Shown here one piece after another: positions 19,207 through 27,634 of a stretch of DNA of 64,000 nucleotides. The stretch comes from Candidatus Angelobacter sp. (GTDB lineage Bacteria > Acidobacteriota > Terriglobia > Terriglobales > Acidobacteriaceae). How positions within the stretch are numbered: the first letter of the stretch is position 1; each line of letters begins with the position of its first letter. The notes under the pieces are model-generated. The model saw only the letters and a program-made list of their open reading frames with translations, searched no databases and was not told where the DNA came from. The DNA lies in contig DASTCT010000086.1 in the NCBI GenBank assembly GCA_035710845.1, positions 3,067 through 67,066 of the forward strand, given 5' to 3'. Both the position numbers and the translations under genes were made by a program.

Positions 19207-19335
19207 ATTGCACTTTGAATTGTTAAAATACTGTGAAAATAAAATTAGAAATTTTAATCTTTTAATGTAACTAACTAATTTATTATCGATAAAAATAACT
19301 GTATCCTCGTAGAAATTTATAAAGAAATAGACGAT
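19207..19335. other. About 130-bp strongly AT-rich tract
   Basis: ttgaattgttaaaatactgtgaaaataaaattagaaattttaatcttttaatgtaactaactaatttattatcgataaaaataact..., in an otherwise GC-balanced to GC-rich window. Confidence 0.8.
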
Positions 19336-19647
19336 TTCCACAGACTGATCTTAGAATTTCTAGCGCAGTCATTTGCCCTGACCTTTGGTAGATCAAGAAG
19401 CAGAACCGGAGCTGAAGCTACGCCTTCCTGATGCGCAAAGTAATCGCAGTTAAGGGAAACTGCTGAGTCTGCTCATTTCTGCTTTCCGCCAATATGCAGT
19501 GTCTGAGCAATCCACTGGCGCGTTGAAATAAGCCGTCTCCTCGATTACCTACGTACTCTTGTCGCTCTACCCTGCTCCTGCGATGATCACTGTGCATTAA
19601 CAATCTGGTTGGTGGTTTCGGGGGAAAGCACCCAACCAGAAAGGGCT

Positions 19648-19680
19648 ATTAAAACAGGCCTCGGTAAACGCCGAGGCCTG
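19648..19680 (-). terminator. Rho-independent terminator of the DinB gene
   Basis: caggcctcgg-taaacg-ccgaggcctg 10-bp stem followed by TTTTAAT on the minus strand. Confidence 0.8.
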
Positions 19681-19708
19681 TAGTGTTTTTCAGCTCGAAT
19701 TTTCCGGC

Positions 19709-20242
19709 TTACATGTTCCCTTCATCCGCAGATGGCCCATAAATGGAAGGCACGGGAACGTCGTTCAAACGCAGATAAACGCCCAGTTGCGCGCGGTGAT
19801 GGATGGTGTGGCTCATGATAAAGCTGCGCAGCACGCCAATGCGGGGCAGAGTGAAGACGGTCTGGCCATTGGCCTGTAAAGTCCAGGGCTTCAAAAGCTG
19901 TGCGTCAGTAGCGCCGGCAATGTTTTTACGCGCAGTGGCCACGTTTTTATCAAATTCCGCCAGGATCGCGGCATTTGACTTGAGTTCTTCAGGTCGCGGC
20001 GCAGTGCTCACGTCAAATGACTCTGTCCCGATGATCGCGTCAGTCCAGTGATTGATGGTAGCCAAATGCGTGGCCAGTGATCCCAAGCTCGCTGATTTTG
20101 GGTGCGGCTTGAAGGCCAGCTTGTTATCAGGGACACGTTCAAGTGATTTGCGGGTGTTCGCCATCTCATGGTCGAACTCGGGGAGCAGGGCCTGGCTCAA
20201 ATTCTTGCTATCCGTGGGGAAAGAATGGGGCTGTGCAGCCAT
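19709..20242 (-). CDS. DinB-family (DinB_2-like) protein
   Basis: HLATINHW...MSHTIHHRAQLGVYLRLNDVPVPSIYGPSADE, a typical DinB-family C-terminus. Confidence 0.85.
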   Translation of the reverse strand: MAAQPHSFPTDSKNLSQALLPEFDHEMANTRKSLERVPDNKLAFKPHPKSASLGSLATHLATINHWTDAIIGTESFDVSTAPRPEELKSNAAILAEFDKNVATARKNIAGATDAQLLKPWTLQANGQTVFTLPRIGVLRSFIMSHTIHHRAQLGVYLRLNDVPVPSIYGPSADEGNM

Positions 20243-20394
20243 AATATCTCCTTTAACGTTGAATATCCGCTAATCAGATGATTGTATCGATCCAGCGGTG
20301 CAAAATGTTTTCCCGTTTTGTCATCTCTGTAGGCTTTCCTTACTCGCATTCCTAAGCGCCTTCTGCTACCGTAAACGGGTTCGGGAGGTGTTTC

Positions 20395-21216
20395 TTGTCT
20401 ACTGCCACGCATAGCTCCAAATCGCCACGCCAGCTTTATTCCATGGCTAAAAGCATGGGCATCTGGGACCCGGCCAAGATTGACCTGACAGAAGACAAAG
20501 GCCACTGGCAGATGCTCAACCCAGAGCAGCGTGAGCAGCTCATCAAGGTCTGTGCGCTGTTTTATGAGGGCGAGGTCAGCGTCTCTGACACGCTGGCATG
20601 GTTCATGCTCGCCGTGCCGGAATTGGAGCGGCGCATGTTTCTTTCTACGCAGATTTTTGAAGAGGTAAAACACGCAGAATTTTTTGAGCGCTACTTTCAG
20701 GAAGTCTGCGGAACTATTGATACTACAGCCTATTTGGTGCCTGAATATAAGGGCGTACTTATCAATGAGCTCCGCCAACGCGGCGAAGCCATTGGCGTAG
20801 CGCTCACCAACGGCAAGAATGGCGATTTGGGTTTGTCCTTAACTCTTTTTGCTGCTCATTACATGGGTGTGGTGGAAGGTGTAATGGCGCTTACCGGCTA
20901 TGAGTTTTTCGAGGATCTGCTGGCCAAAACCGGAATGTTCCCTCGCCTGCTGGAAGGGATAAAACTCATTCGCGCCGATGAAGGCCGTCACCTGGTGCAC
21001 GGCATGGATTACCTGCGCGAGCAACTGGAACAGCACCCGGAATATGCGGCTCCTGTCCGTGAGCTATTTCAGCGTGAAGCCTCGAATATTCCTCGCCGTA
21101 CCGACATTATTTTCAAGCCCAACCCGCTCGGGCTGGATCGAGACCGCATTCAGGCGCTTTCCTATTCAAACCACGCGCAGCGCATGCGTGAGGCGGGACT
21201 GGAGCTAGTTCAGTAG
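20395..21216 (+). CDS. Ferritin-like diiron protein, ribonucleotide reductase R2-like
   Basis: Two ExxH motifs (EEVKHAE, ADEGRHLVHG) at R2-like spacing. TTG start is uncertain (alternative ATG at 20443). Confidence 0.75.
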   Translation: MSTATHSSKSPRQLYSMAKSMGIWDPAKIDLTEDKGHWQMLNPEQREQLIKVCALFYEGEVSVSDTLAWFMLAVPELERRMFLSTQIFEEVKHAEFFERYFQEVCGTIDTTAYLVPEYKGVLINELRQRGEAIGVALTNGKNGDLGLSLTLFAAHYMGVVEGVMALTGYEFFEDLLAKTGMFPRLLEGIKLIRADEGRHLVHGMDYLREQLEQHPEYAAPVRELFQREASNIPRRTDIIFKPNPLGLDRDRIQALSYSNHAQRMREAGLELVQ

Positions 21217-21217
21217 T

Positions 21218-21585
21218 CTATGGTGCAAAGTTGCGCGGGTCGCCCAGCAACTCACGAACAAGGCGCAGCAGTTGTTCCGGCTCATGGCTTGAGACGTGGT
21301 GGTTCGCGGCAGAGCATCGATATCCGGTCCGCGCTGACAGAGCAATTGCGGGAATCTTGGGCGCAGCGTCTTTTATCGCCGTAGTGACAACTTCACAATT
21401 GATATCATCGGCATCAACCGCGATTACCGCGGAAATATTGGGAAAGATTGGAAAATGTCGATCGCTTCCCGCGTGCTATGAGCAGTCAGGACATTGAATT
21501 TGCCGGTCTCCAGAACCAGCTTTCGTACGGACAAGGCTTCTGCAGGCTCTGGCTCCGCTACAAGGAGTGTTGGTCTTTTCGGCAC
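21218..21585 (-). pseudogene. Receiver-domain (response regulator-like) gene interrupted by a 1-nt frameshift
   Basis: Frame A gives VPKRPTLLVAEPEPAEALSVRKLVLETGKFNVLTAHSTREAIDIFQSFP and then a stop. Frame B continues NISAVIAVDADDINCEVVTTAIKDAAPKIPAIALSA...LLGDPRNFAP*. Together they form a complete receiver fold. Confidence 0.5.
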
Positions 21586-21646
21586 ATTATTTGGATGCCG
21601 GTCACAACTTCAATGAACGCGTCGATTTACGACAAGCGGGCGTGAA

Positions 21647-21955
21647 GCGATTTGGAGCGAAGTGACAGAATCAACTCCTATGCTATATAGCAGCGAGCCC
21701 GACCTGCTCGGCGAGACCGGGGTCCCCAGCCGCGCCGATTTGCGCGAGCGGGAAGTGGCGAGCTGCTTGCATCAGGAGCAGAAAGCTCTCACCACGATCA
21801 TTCTTCTTAAGCGGTTTGGAGCGAAGCGATAGAACCATCTCCTATGCTATATAGCAGCGAGCCCGACTTGCGTGGCGAGCTGCTTGCACCAGGAGCAGAA
21901 AACTTTCGCCACGACCATTCTTCGTAAGCGGTTTGGAGCGCAGCGACAGAATTAT
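21647..21955. repeat. Tandem repeat, 2.3 copies (units 164, 117 and a partial 28 bp), each full unit containing the palindrome TGCTATATAGCA
   Basis: GCG(A/G)TTTGGAGCGAAG(T/C)GA(C/T)AGAA...CCTATGCTATATAGCAGCGAGCCCGAC at 21647 and 21811, partial copy at 21928. Unit 1 carries a 47-bp REP-like insertion. Confidence 0.85.
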
Positions 21956-23238
21956 CAGATACTCAAAGCGGTTTTCAAAGCCTGCACCGAACCTGGAGCT
22001 TTGCTCAACCTTGCCGTAATCGTGCAGTTGCGGCCCTTAGCCTTGGCTTTATAAAGCGCCTGGTCCGCCATGCGCAGGACCTCTGCCGGCGTCAGGTGCT
22101 CGCCGCTGCGGGCCGCAAGGCCTACGCTTACTGTAACGTTGATCTCTTTCTTGCTGCCGCGCCCAATGCCAGTTTTCCCTTTACGTCGGCGGTCTTTGCC
22201 GCGCACAGTGAAAGCTGATTGCTCAATAATCTTGCGCATCCTGTCCAGATAGACAAACACCTCGTCCGACGTTTTACCGGGAAATACAATAGCGAACTCT
22301 TCGCCGCCATAGCGGTAAGCGCGTCCGCCACCGGCAATCCGTGCCAACCTGGATGCAACCAGCCGCAAAGCCTGATCGCCTGCTTCATGGCCATAGCTAT
22401 CGTTAAATTTTTTGAAGTGGTCCACGTCCATCATCGCAATGCTGTAAGTATCACCCAATTTAAGCAGCGCTTCATTCAGTGCGCGACGGCTTGGCAGTTG
22501 CGTCAGCTCGTCCAAATACGCCATAGCGTATGAAGTTTCAATCAGGGCAACAATCAGCGCCAAACCGCCGGCAGCAAAGTAAACGCCTTCAAGATGGCTG
22601 CTGCGAGCCGCGCTCAAAGCGACAAACGCCGCTACCAGACTCCACAACAGGCTGCTCTCAACTGCCTTATATCGCCGGACCAGCGGAATCATGATCACCG
22701 CAGCAGCAAGCACAAACGCTGCCAGCGCAGGCTGCGCAAGTCCGCTCCAATTCGAGAACGCCAGCGGGGCAAAAGCGCGTCCAGTCTGCTGCGCTGCTGG
22801 CGCAAATGCCGGCAGGCAGAGAAGCCATACAGCAGCTATCTGCAGGGCGACAATCGCCAGCCGCTTGCGCCCAGTGGGCGAAACGATGCCGCGCTCCTTC
22901 AAAAAGGCCAATATCAGCAGATTTAAAGGCAGCAAAAGCGCGACCGCGTTTGCCGTAATGCGCGCTGTCACCGGAGACAAATGCGGGATTACCCAGGTAA
23001 ATGTCATTTGCGCCAGAGTAAGCACCAGCAAGGCAAAAAACAGGCGGCTACGCCGAAAGAACGCGCTCAAGGCCAGTCCGGAACCAAAGATCACTATCGG
23101 GAAGAATTGCACCATGCTGGATCTTGGGTCCGCCAGAACGCCTACACGGATTAACAAAGCGGAAATGATAAGCAAAAGACTGCCAGGAAGAGTAAGGCGG
23201 TAAAGAATCTTGAAAATCTTCGTGTTTACCTTGATCAC
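21955..23238 (-). CDS. Membrane-bound diguanylate cyclase (multi-TM N-terminus plus GGDEF)
   Basis: About 7 hydrophobic helices, then DVDHFKKFNDSYGH and the RYGGEEFAIVFPG active site. No RxxD I-site upstream. Confidence 0.9.
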   Translation of the reverse strand: MIKVNTKIFKILYRLTLPGSLLLIISALLIRVGVLADPRSSMVQFFPIVIFGSGLALSAFFRRSRLFFALLVLTLAQMTFTWVIPHLSPVTARITANAVALLLPLNLLILAFLKERGIVSPTGRKRLAIVALQIAAVWLLCLPAFAPAAQQTGRAFAPLAFSNWSGLAQPALAAFVLAAAVIMIPLVRRYKAVESSLLWSLVAAFVALSAARSSHLEGVYFAAGGLALIVALIETSYAMAYLDELTQLPSRRALNEALLKLGDTYSIAMMDVDHFKKFNDSYGHEAGDQALRLVASRLARIAGGGRAYRYGGEEFAIVFPGKTSDEVFVYLDRMRKIIEQSAFTVRGKDRRRKGKTGIGRGSKKEINVTVSVGLAARSGEHLTPAEVLRMADQALYKAKAKGRNCTITARLSKAPGSVQALKTALSI

Positions 23239-23630
23239 TGGCCAAACTCCAGAGGACTGAGATTCCAGCGTTTGCGGCGTAAGCTGTTTATTTAGAGTGG
23301 CTTACGATTTACTGAGTTGCGCGTGATTTAAGCAATATATAAAGCCGGCCAAGCGCCGGAACAGATGCCTTTGGTGCCATGGCCCAGCTCTGTTGCGTAG
23401 TAAAACTCTTGGGTTTTTCTAATATCCAAAACGTGCTGTTTGTTTGCTGGAGACGCCTGCCCATCGATTAGCTGGATTGTGCGTGTCAAAACAAAAGCTG
23501 CCATGTAAAATTGCCCGCTGAACTTATCAACCCAAAACTGGTACGAGTTCCGCGAATTTTTGCAAAATCGCAGAATTGCCAGTTTTGAGGGATGTACAAC
23601 TATTTCAAGATTTTGAGGAGCACGCGCAAA

Positions 23631-24377
23631 ATGAAATATGCTGCAGAGCTGTTGGGCACATTCGTTCTGGTCTTTGCTGGGCTAACCACGGCAGTGATCG
23701 CCGGTGGACAGGTAGGTAACGTCGGCGTTGCGCTGGCGTTTGGTATCTCCCTTTTGGCCATGGTTTATACCCTGGGCCCGATTTCCGGATGCCACATTAA
23801 CCCCGCCGTAACTCTGGGTATGCTGGTAGCACGCCGTATAAGCGGCAAAGATGCCGTAGGTTACTGGATCTCGCAAATTATCGGCGGCATTATTGCTTCC
23901 GGTCTCGTGCTTTTTCTTGCGAAGGGCGCTCCCGGAGGGAGTTTGGCTTCTCTGGCTGGCGCTGCTAATGGCTTTGCCAATCACTCGCCGGGCCATTACG
24001 GTATGGGAGCTTGCTTTGTGGCAGAGATGTTCCTCACCATGCTGCTGGTCCTCACGGTTCTGGGATCTACAGATGATCGCGCACCCGCAGGTTTTGCCGG
24101 ACTTCCTATTGGCTTGATTCTTACCGTCATCATTCTGGCAGGCATTCCCATCACCAATGGATCGTTCAATCCTGCGCGCAGTATTGGACCTGCAGTCTGG
24201 GTTGGCGGATGGGCCCTTGAACAGCTCTGGCTCTTTATTGTCGCGCCCCTGCTCGGTGGTGTAATAGCCGCAGGGCTTTATCTCGGAATCCGCATGCCTG
24301 CGCCGATGATTACCGCCCGCCAGGCAGAAACTGCGCTCCCCAGCCATCAGGCAGAGCGCAGGCAAACTAGTAAATGA
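23631..24377 (+). CDS. aqpZ: Aquaporin Z (MIP family channel)
   Basis: Two NPA boxes (HINPAVTLG, FNPARSIGP). GAGGAG 10 nt upstream of the ATG at 23631. Confidence 0.92.
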   Translation: MKYAAELLGTFVLVFAGLTTAVIAGGQVGNVGVALAFGISLLAMVYTLGPISGCHINPAVTLGMLVARRISGKDAVGYWISQIIGGIIASGLVLFLAKGAPGGSLASLAGAANGFANHSPGHYGMGACFVAEMFLTMLLVLTVLGSTDDRAPAGFAGLPIGLILTVIILAGIPITNGSFNPARSIGPAVWVGGWALEQLWLFIVAPLLGGVIAAGLYLGIRMPAPMITARQAETALPSHQAERRQTSK

Positions 24378-24407
24378 AGGTTTCAATAAGTCTCTAAACA
24401 AACTAGA

Positions 24408-24437
24408 AGGCGCGGCCGGGTGGGTCGCGCTTTTTTG
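24408..24437 (+). terminator. Rho-independent terminator of aqpZ
   Basis: ggcgcg..cgcgc stem followed by TTTTTTG. Confidence 0.65.
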
Positions 24438-24630
24438 TTGCGATATCCAAGTCGCTGCAGATTGACGCCGATGAACGCGGAGAACTCTTCTCTCAGTCAC
24501 TATCAGCGCCGGCGGCACGACACTTTTGGACTACGCAGCGCACCGCAGGTGCAATCGCCAGCCTCTTTTGTCAAAGAACCAATTCTTCCTCGCCGCCTGA
24601 GCGGCCTCTTTCAATCAGCCCAATCCCGCG

Positions 24631-25287
24631 TCAATCTGCGGTAGGATTTTCCTCTAACTCCACCCGCTTCACATTGCTCAATGCCAGTTGCAGGTAATAT
24701 CCCAGGATTGACGCTTGTTTGTAATCTAGCTTTCCATCCACCACCGCCTGCGCTCCCTTGGCAATCGCTCCATGGATACCCCTCGCATCAGCCAGGTTCG
24801 GCAGGCTGATCTTCTCCGGCCGCGCCTCTTCCAGCACCAAATGCATGTGGCAAAATTTCTTGCCTCGCACCCGTGGCGCGCGGCACGTCACCCCATTCCC
24901 CTTCGGATACTGGCATCTCGGCGCGCCGTTCGCCCGGTCAATCGTGCTCTTCATCTTGTTAAATATCTTCTGGTTTACCTCGTCAAACTCCAGCGCCTTC
25001 TCCTGCAATCGCGGATCTTCCATCACGCATTGCCGGTACGCTTCAAAACATTCTCCCAACTGCTTCAGCAACTGCCCCGCCCGTGTCGTTCCCCACGTCT
25101 GCCGTTCCTGCTCCTGGTGCTCCCGTAGCCGACGCTCGTCCCGCTGCTGCATCACCGCTTCGCGCTCGTCCTCTGACTTCGCCTTGGACCACAATTTATT
25201 CTCTTCTTCGGTAAATCCCCGAGCGTCTTCTCCCTCTCGATAGCCAAACTCGTCTCTCACTCCATACGGTACTGGATTGCATTTCAT
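24631..25287 (-). CDS. Hypothetical protein with Cys/His cluster
   Basis: AGGAGA site upstream of the ATG at 25287. CQYPKGNGVTCRAPRVRGKKFCHMH looks like a zinc-binding knuckle. Charged coiled N-terminal half. Confidence 0.55.
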   Translation of the reverse strand: MKCNPVPYGVRDEFGYREGEDARGFTEEENKLWSKAKSEDEREAVMQQRDERRLREHQEQERQTWGTTRAGQLLKQLGECFEAYRQCVMEDPRLQEKALEFDEVNQKIFNKMKSTIDRANGAPRCQYPKGNGVTCRAPRVRGKKFCHMHLVLEEARPEKISLPNLADARGIHGAIAKGAQAVVDGKLDYKQASILGYYLQLALSNVKRVELEENPTAD

Positions 25288-25387
25288 AAACTCTCCTTGC
25301 TTCTGTCGTCTTCGAGTCCTGAAACCACGTCCGTTCGTGTCAGAACCGCGCAATTCTCTGGGGCTAACTTGAGTTTTCCCGGTTTTC

Positions 25388-25423
25388 AATTACCAAATTA
25401 CCAACTTACCCAATTACCAAATT
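25388..25423. repeat. Four tandem ~8-bp units (TTACCAA-like; TTGGTAA on the minus strand)
   Basis: aattaccaaattaccaacttacccaattaccaaatt, about 100 bp upstream of the 24631-25287 gene. Confidence 0.8.
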
Positions 25424-25998
25424 CAGCCGCCGGCGTAGGTACCCATTTCCTTGCCATAAAAGCTAGCTCCTTAAATTAGGTCGATTTCAGCTTCATTCAT
25501 GTCGATTTCAGCTCCCAAACGCGTCCCCAATTGACCACCAATTCTGCCCAAACCCTGGGTTTTCCGATCACGGCGATGTCGCGCGATGTCGGCGATCCCG
25601 GCGATAGGCGCGCTTTGCGCGCCCACCCCACCCGGCATCAACTTTTATTGAAAACAAAGGAGAAACCCAATTCGACCGAACGGAGACCGACCGGTCGAAT
25701 CCCGTTTTCTGCCTTAGATCGGCCTCGAATCACGCTGTTCCTTCCCAGCCTTTGTAAGTGCTAATTGCCATTTTGCTAAGTGCCCATCTTTTGGCGAAGA
25801 TATGACGAAATACCATTTGAGAGTAGCGCAATCCGCTACGAATGTAAAGCGAATTTAATAAACGCGAAATCGCCAACGAGGATGAATAGGGAAGCGACAT
25901 TTGCCAAGAAATCCCCATTTTGGGTGCAAGAGAGGAAGAACCCAGTCGCTTCGCGCTCACAAGTGGTTCACAACAAAATGCACGGGACAGCTTTAACT

Positions 25999-26110
25999 TT
26001 GACATCCCTATCCGATCAGTGTACCGTTGAAATTGAGCGAGCATCCTTCCTCACTTTTCAGAAGCTTCTGAAATCTAAGTCAGTCCCATCTGAAGTTGTC
26101 CTTTCTTAGC
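25999..26110 (+). promoter_or_regulatory. Promoter-plus-leader element, copy A (TTGACA box, two conserved hairpins)
   Basis: About 80 percent identical to 27488-27598. TTGACA at 25999. 16-bp perfect palindrome ttcagaagcttctgaa at 26057-26072. Second hairpin tcag..ctga at 26080-26093. Ends 25 nt before the ATG at 26136. Confidence 0.6.
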
Positions 26111-26135
26111 CCCCACAATAACCGGGAGGTTAATC

Positions 26136-26480
26136 ATGTTTGCACGCAAAATTTCCATCCGCTTGAAACCGAATACACTCGCTGAATTCATCCAGAAATT
26201 CGAACACGACGTGATTCCATTGCTTCGCCAGCAGTCAGGATTCAAAGATGAAATCACTTTTGCAACTCCCGGCAGCCCAGACGTGCTGGCAATCAGCCTT
26301 TGGGACACCAAACAAAGCATGGAAGCCTGGGACAGCAATGCATACAAAGACGTCCTGAAGATGCTGGCAAATGTGATTGAAGGAACGCCGAAGGTCAGCA
26401 CCACGAATGTCCTCTATTCCACACTCTACGCGGTCTCCACTGATGTACCTGTCGCTCAGCCGGTTGCTGTATCGGCTTGA
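26136..26480 (+). CDS. Small ABM/Dabb-like (ferredoxin-fold) protein
   Basis: GGGAGG site upstream. About 100-aa pattern (..LKPNTLAEFIQKFEHDVIPLLRQQSGFKDE..AISLWDTKQSMEAW..) resembling antibiotic-biosynthesis-monooxygenase-like domains. Confidence 0.55.
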   Translation: MFARKISIRLKPNTLAEFIQKFEHDVIPLLRQQSGFKDEITFATPGSPDVLAISLWDTKQSMEAWDSNAYKDVLKMLANVIEGTPKVSTTNVLYSTLYAVSTDVPVAQPVAVSA

Positions 26481-26722
26481 TTCCGGTACCGCCTTTCCCT
26501 TTTGCCTGGGAGAGGCGGTTCACGCGGGCCGAAAGGATGAGGACCTCTGGCCTGCGCCGCCGTTGTCTCCTGATTTCTGTGAAACGTTTCGTGGCTGGCA
26601 CTTGGACAGACCACAGGACTGATTCAATTCACACCGAGTAAGTTCTCAGTTCGCAGAAATCCAAATAAGTCAGCCAGCTTACCTTTTGCCACGACTCAAC
26701 TGGTGAGAGAAAGAAGAATCAT

Positions 26723-26929
26723 ATGCGTGTCTTTTGGGAGCAAACCGGAATCCTACTCCCAGTGTACCGGCTTGCAGGCGCGGGATTAGATGATCGCGAC
26801 ATCGCTATTAAGCTGAACGTCACGGAAGAGAGGGTCCAAACCTGTATGACATGGCTGTTACACTTCCTGGAACTGGCCACCCGGAACCAATTGGTTCAGT
26901 ATGCTTCAGGTGGATCCTTATCACTTTGA
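26723..26929 (+). CDS. Small LuxR/GerE-type helix-turn-helix protein (68 aa)
   Basis: VYRLAGAGLDDRDIAIKLNVTEERVQTCMTWLL..LATRNQLVQYA matches the GerE HTH layout. Confidence 0.5.
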   Translation: MRVFWEQTGILLPVYRLAGAGLDDRDIAIKLNVTEERVQTCMTWLLHFLELATRNQLVQYASGGSLSL

Positions 26930-27243
26930 TTGAAATAGTGTAAGAGCATTTCGCGTCGTCACAATCGTCTCCGCACTATCGATAGAGTTTAGCAATGAAG
27001 ATGATGAGGAAATTTACATGAAACTTACTCACCAACCTCTCCCGCACGCGTTGACCAAGCGTGGCATTTTCGCTCGGCAGGCCCAATACTGCGACGAATC
27101 GCCGGAAGATCATTGTCGCGAGGAAGAACAGCCTGAAGATCATGGCCGTAATGCGGAAGCCTCTCGCAGTTGTACGATGAGGGCTGAACGCATCGCCACT
27201 CCACGAAGCCGCTAAGGACGGCTGAGAAAGGGACAGTTCAACA

Positions 27244-27414
27244 ATGGATATATCCGAAGCAGCGGCAATACCGCAGAACACACCCAGGGAAACGGAAGCG
27301 CATACTTCTGCTAAACCCACGATCGATAAATACGCCGACGTCAGAATCGCCAAAAAGAAGCAAAAGCGCAAAGCGCACAGAGCCAGATTGAAAAGGTCAA
27401 ATACAAAAGGTTGA
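27244..27414 (+). CDS. Possible small basic protein (56 aa, below the ORF-track cutoff)
   Basis: ATG preceded by gagaaaggga. C-terminus KYADVRIAKKKQKRKAHRARLKRSNTKG. Same strand as neighbours. Competes with an antisense 131-aa ORF. Confidence 0.3.
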   Translation: MDISEAAAIPQNTPRETEAHTSAKPTIDKYADVRIAKKKQKRKAHRARLKRSNTKG

Positions 27415-27487
27415 GTGGCAGAAGGCTATGGAACAGAGAAGCGCACAACTTGATCGGCTTTGATGCAACATGCCTGATGTCCACGCC

Positions 27488-27598
27488 TTGACATGACTGG
27501 GCAAATGAGCGTAGGGTCGAATTAAGCGAGTATCCTTCCTCACTTTTCAGGTCCTCTGAACTAAGTCAGATCATCTGATTCGCGCTTTCATCTTAGCC
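27488..27598 (+). promoter_or_regulatory. Promoter-plus-leader element, copy B
   Basis: TTGACA at 27488. Hairpins ttcag-gtcct-ctgaa (27546-27560) and tcagat-c-atctga (27566-27578). Ends 36 nt before the ATG at 27635. Confidence 0.6.
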
Positions 27599-27634
27599 TT
27601 GCCACGAGGCAACCGTCTGAATGGATCGGTTCAA

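Noticed and set aside
20197-20778. The 193-aa minus-strand ORF overlapping the R2-like gene.
   Set aside because: It is antisense to a gene with clear diiron ExxH motifs, and it has no motif or RBS support.
21647-21955. A possible CRISPR array.
   Set aside because: There are only about 2.3 directly abutting copies of a long (117-164 bp) unit, no unique spacers, and no cas genes in the window.
23682-24518. The 278-aa minus-strand ORF.
   Set aside because: It is fully antisense to aqpZ, which has unambiguous NPA motifs.
25640-25710. A tRNA-like GGTCGAATCCC string that might mark a tRNA gene or an att-site remnant.
   Set aside because: No cloverleaf can be drawn. The sequence is one arm of a simple 9-bp inverted repeat (attcgaccg/cggtcgaat).
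26976-27371. The 131-aa minus-strand ORF with hydrophobic repeats.
   Set aside because: It has a TTG start with no RBS and is opposite in orientation to all neighbours. Its internal repeat (MIFRLFFLATMIFRRF) derives from a DNA direct repeat. The + strand small ORFs (27018-27215, 27244-27414) have RBS-like sequences, though they also remain low confidence.
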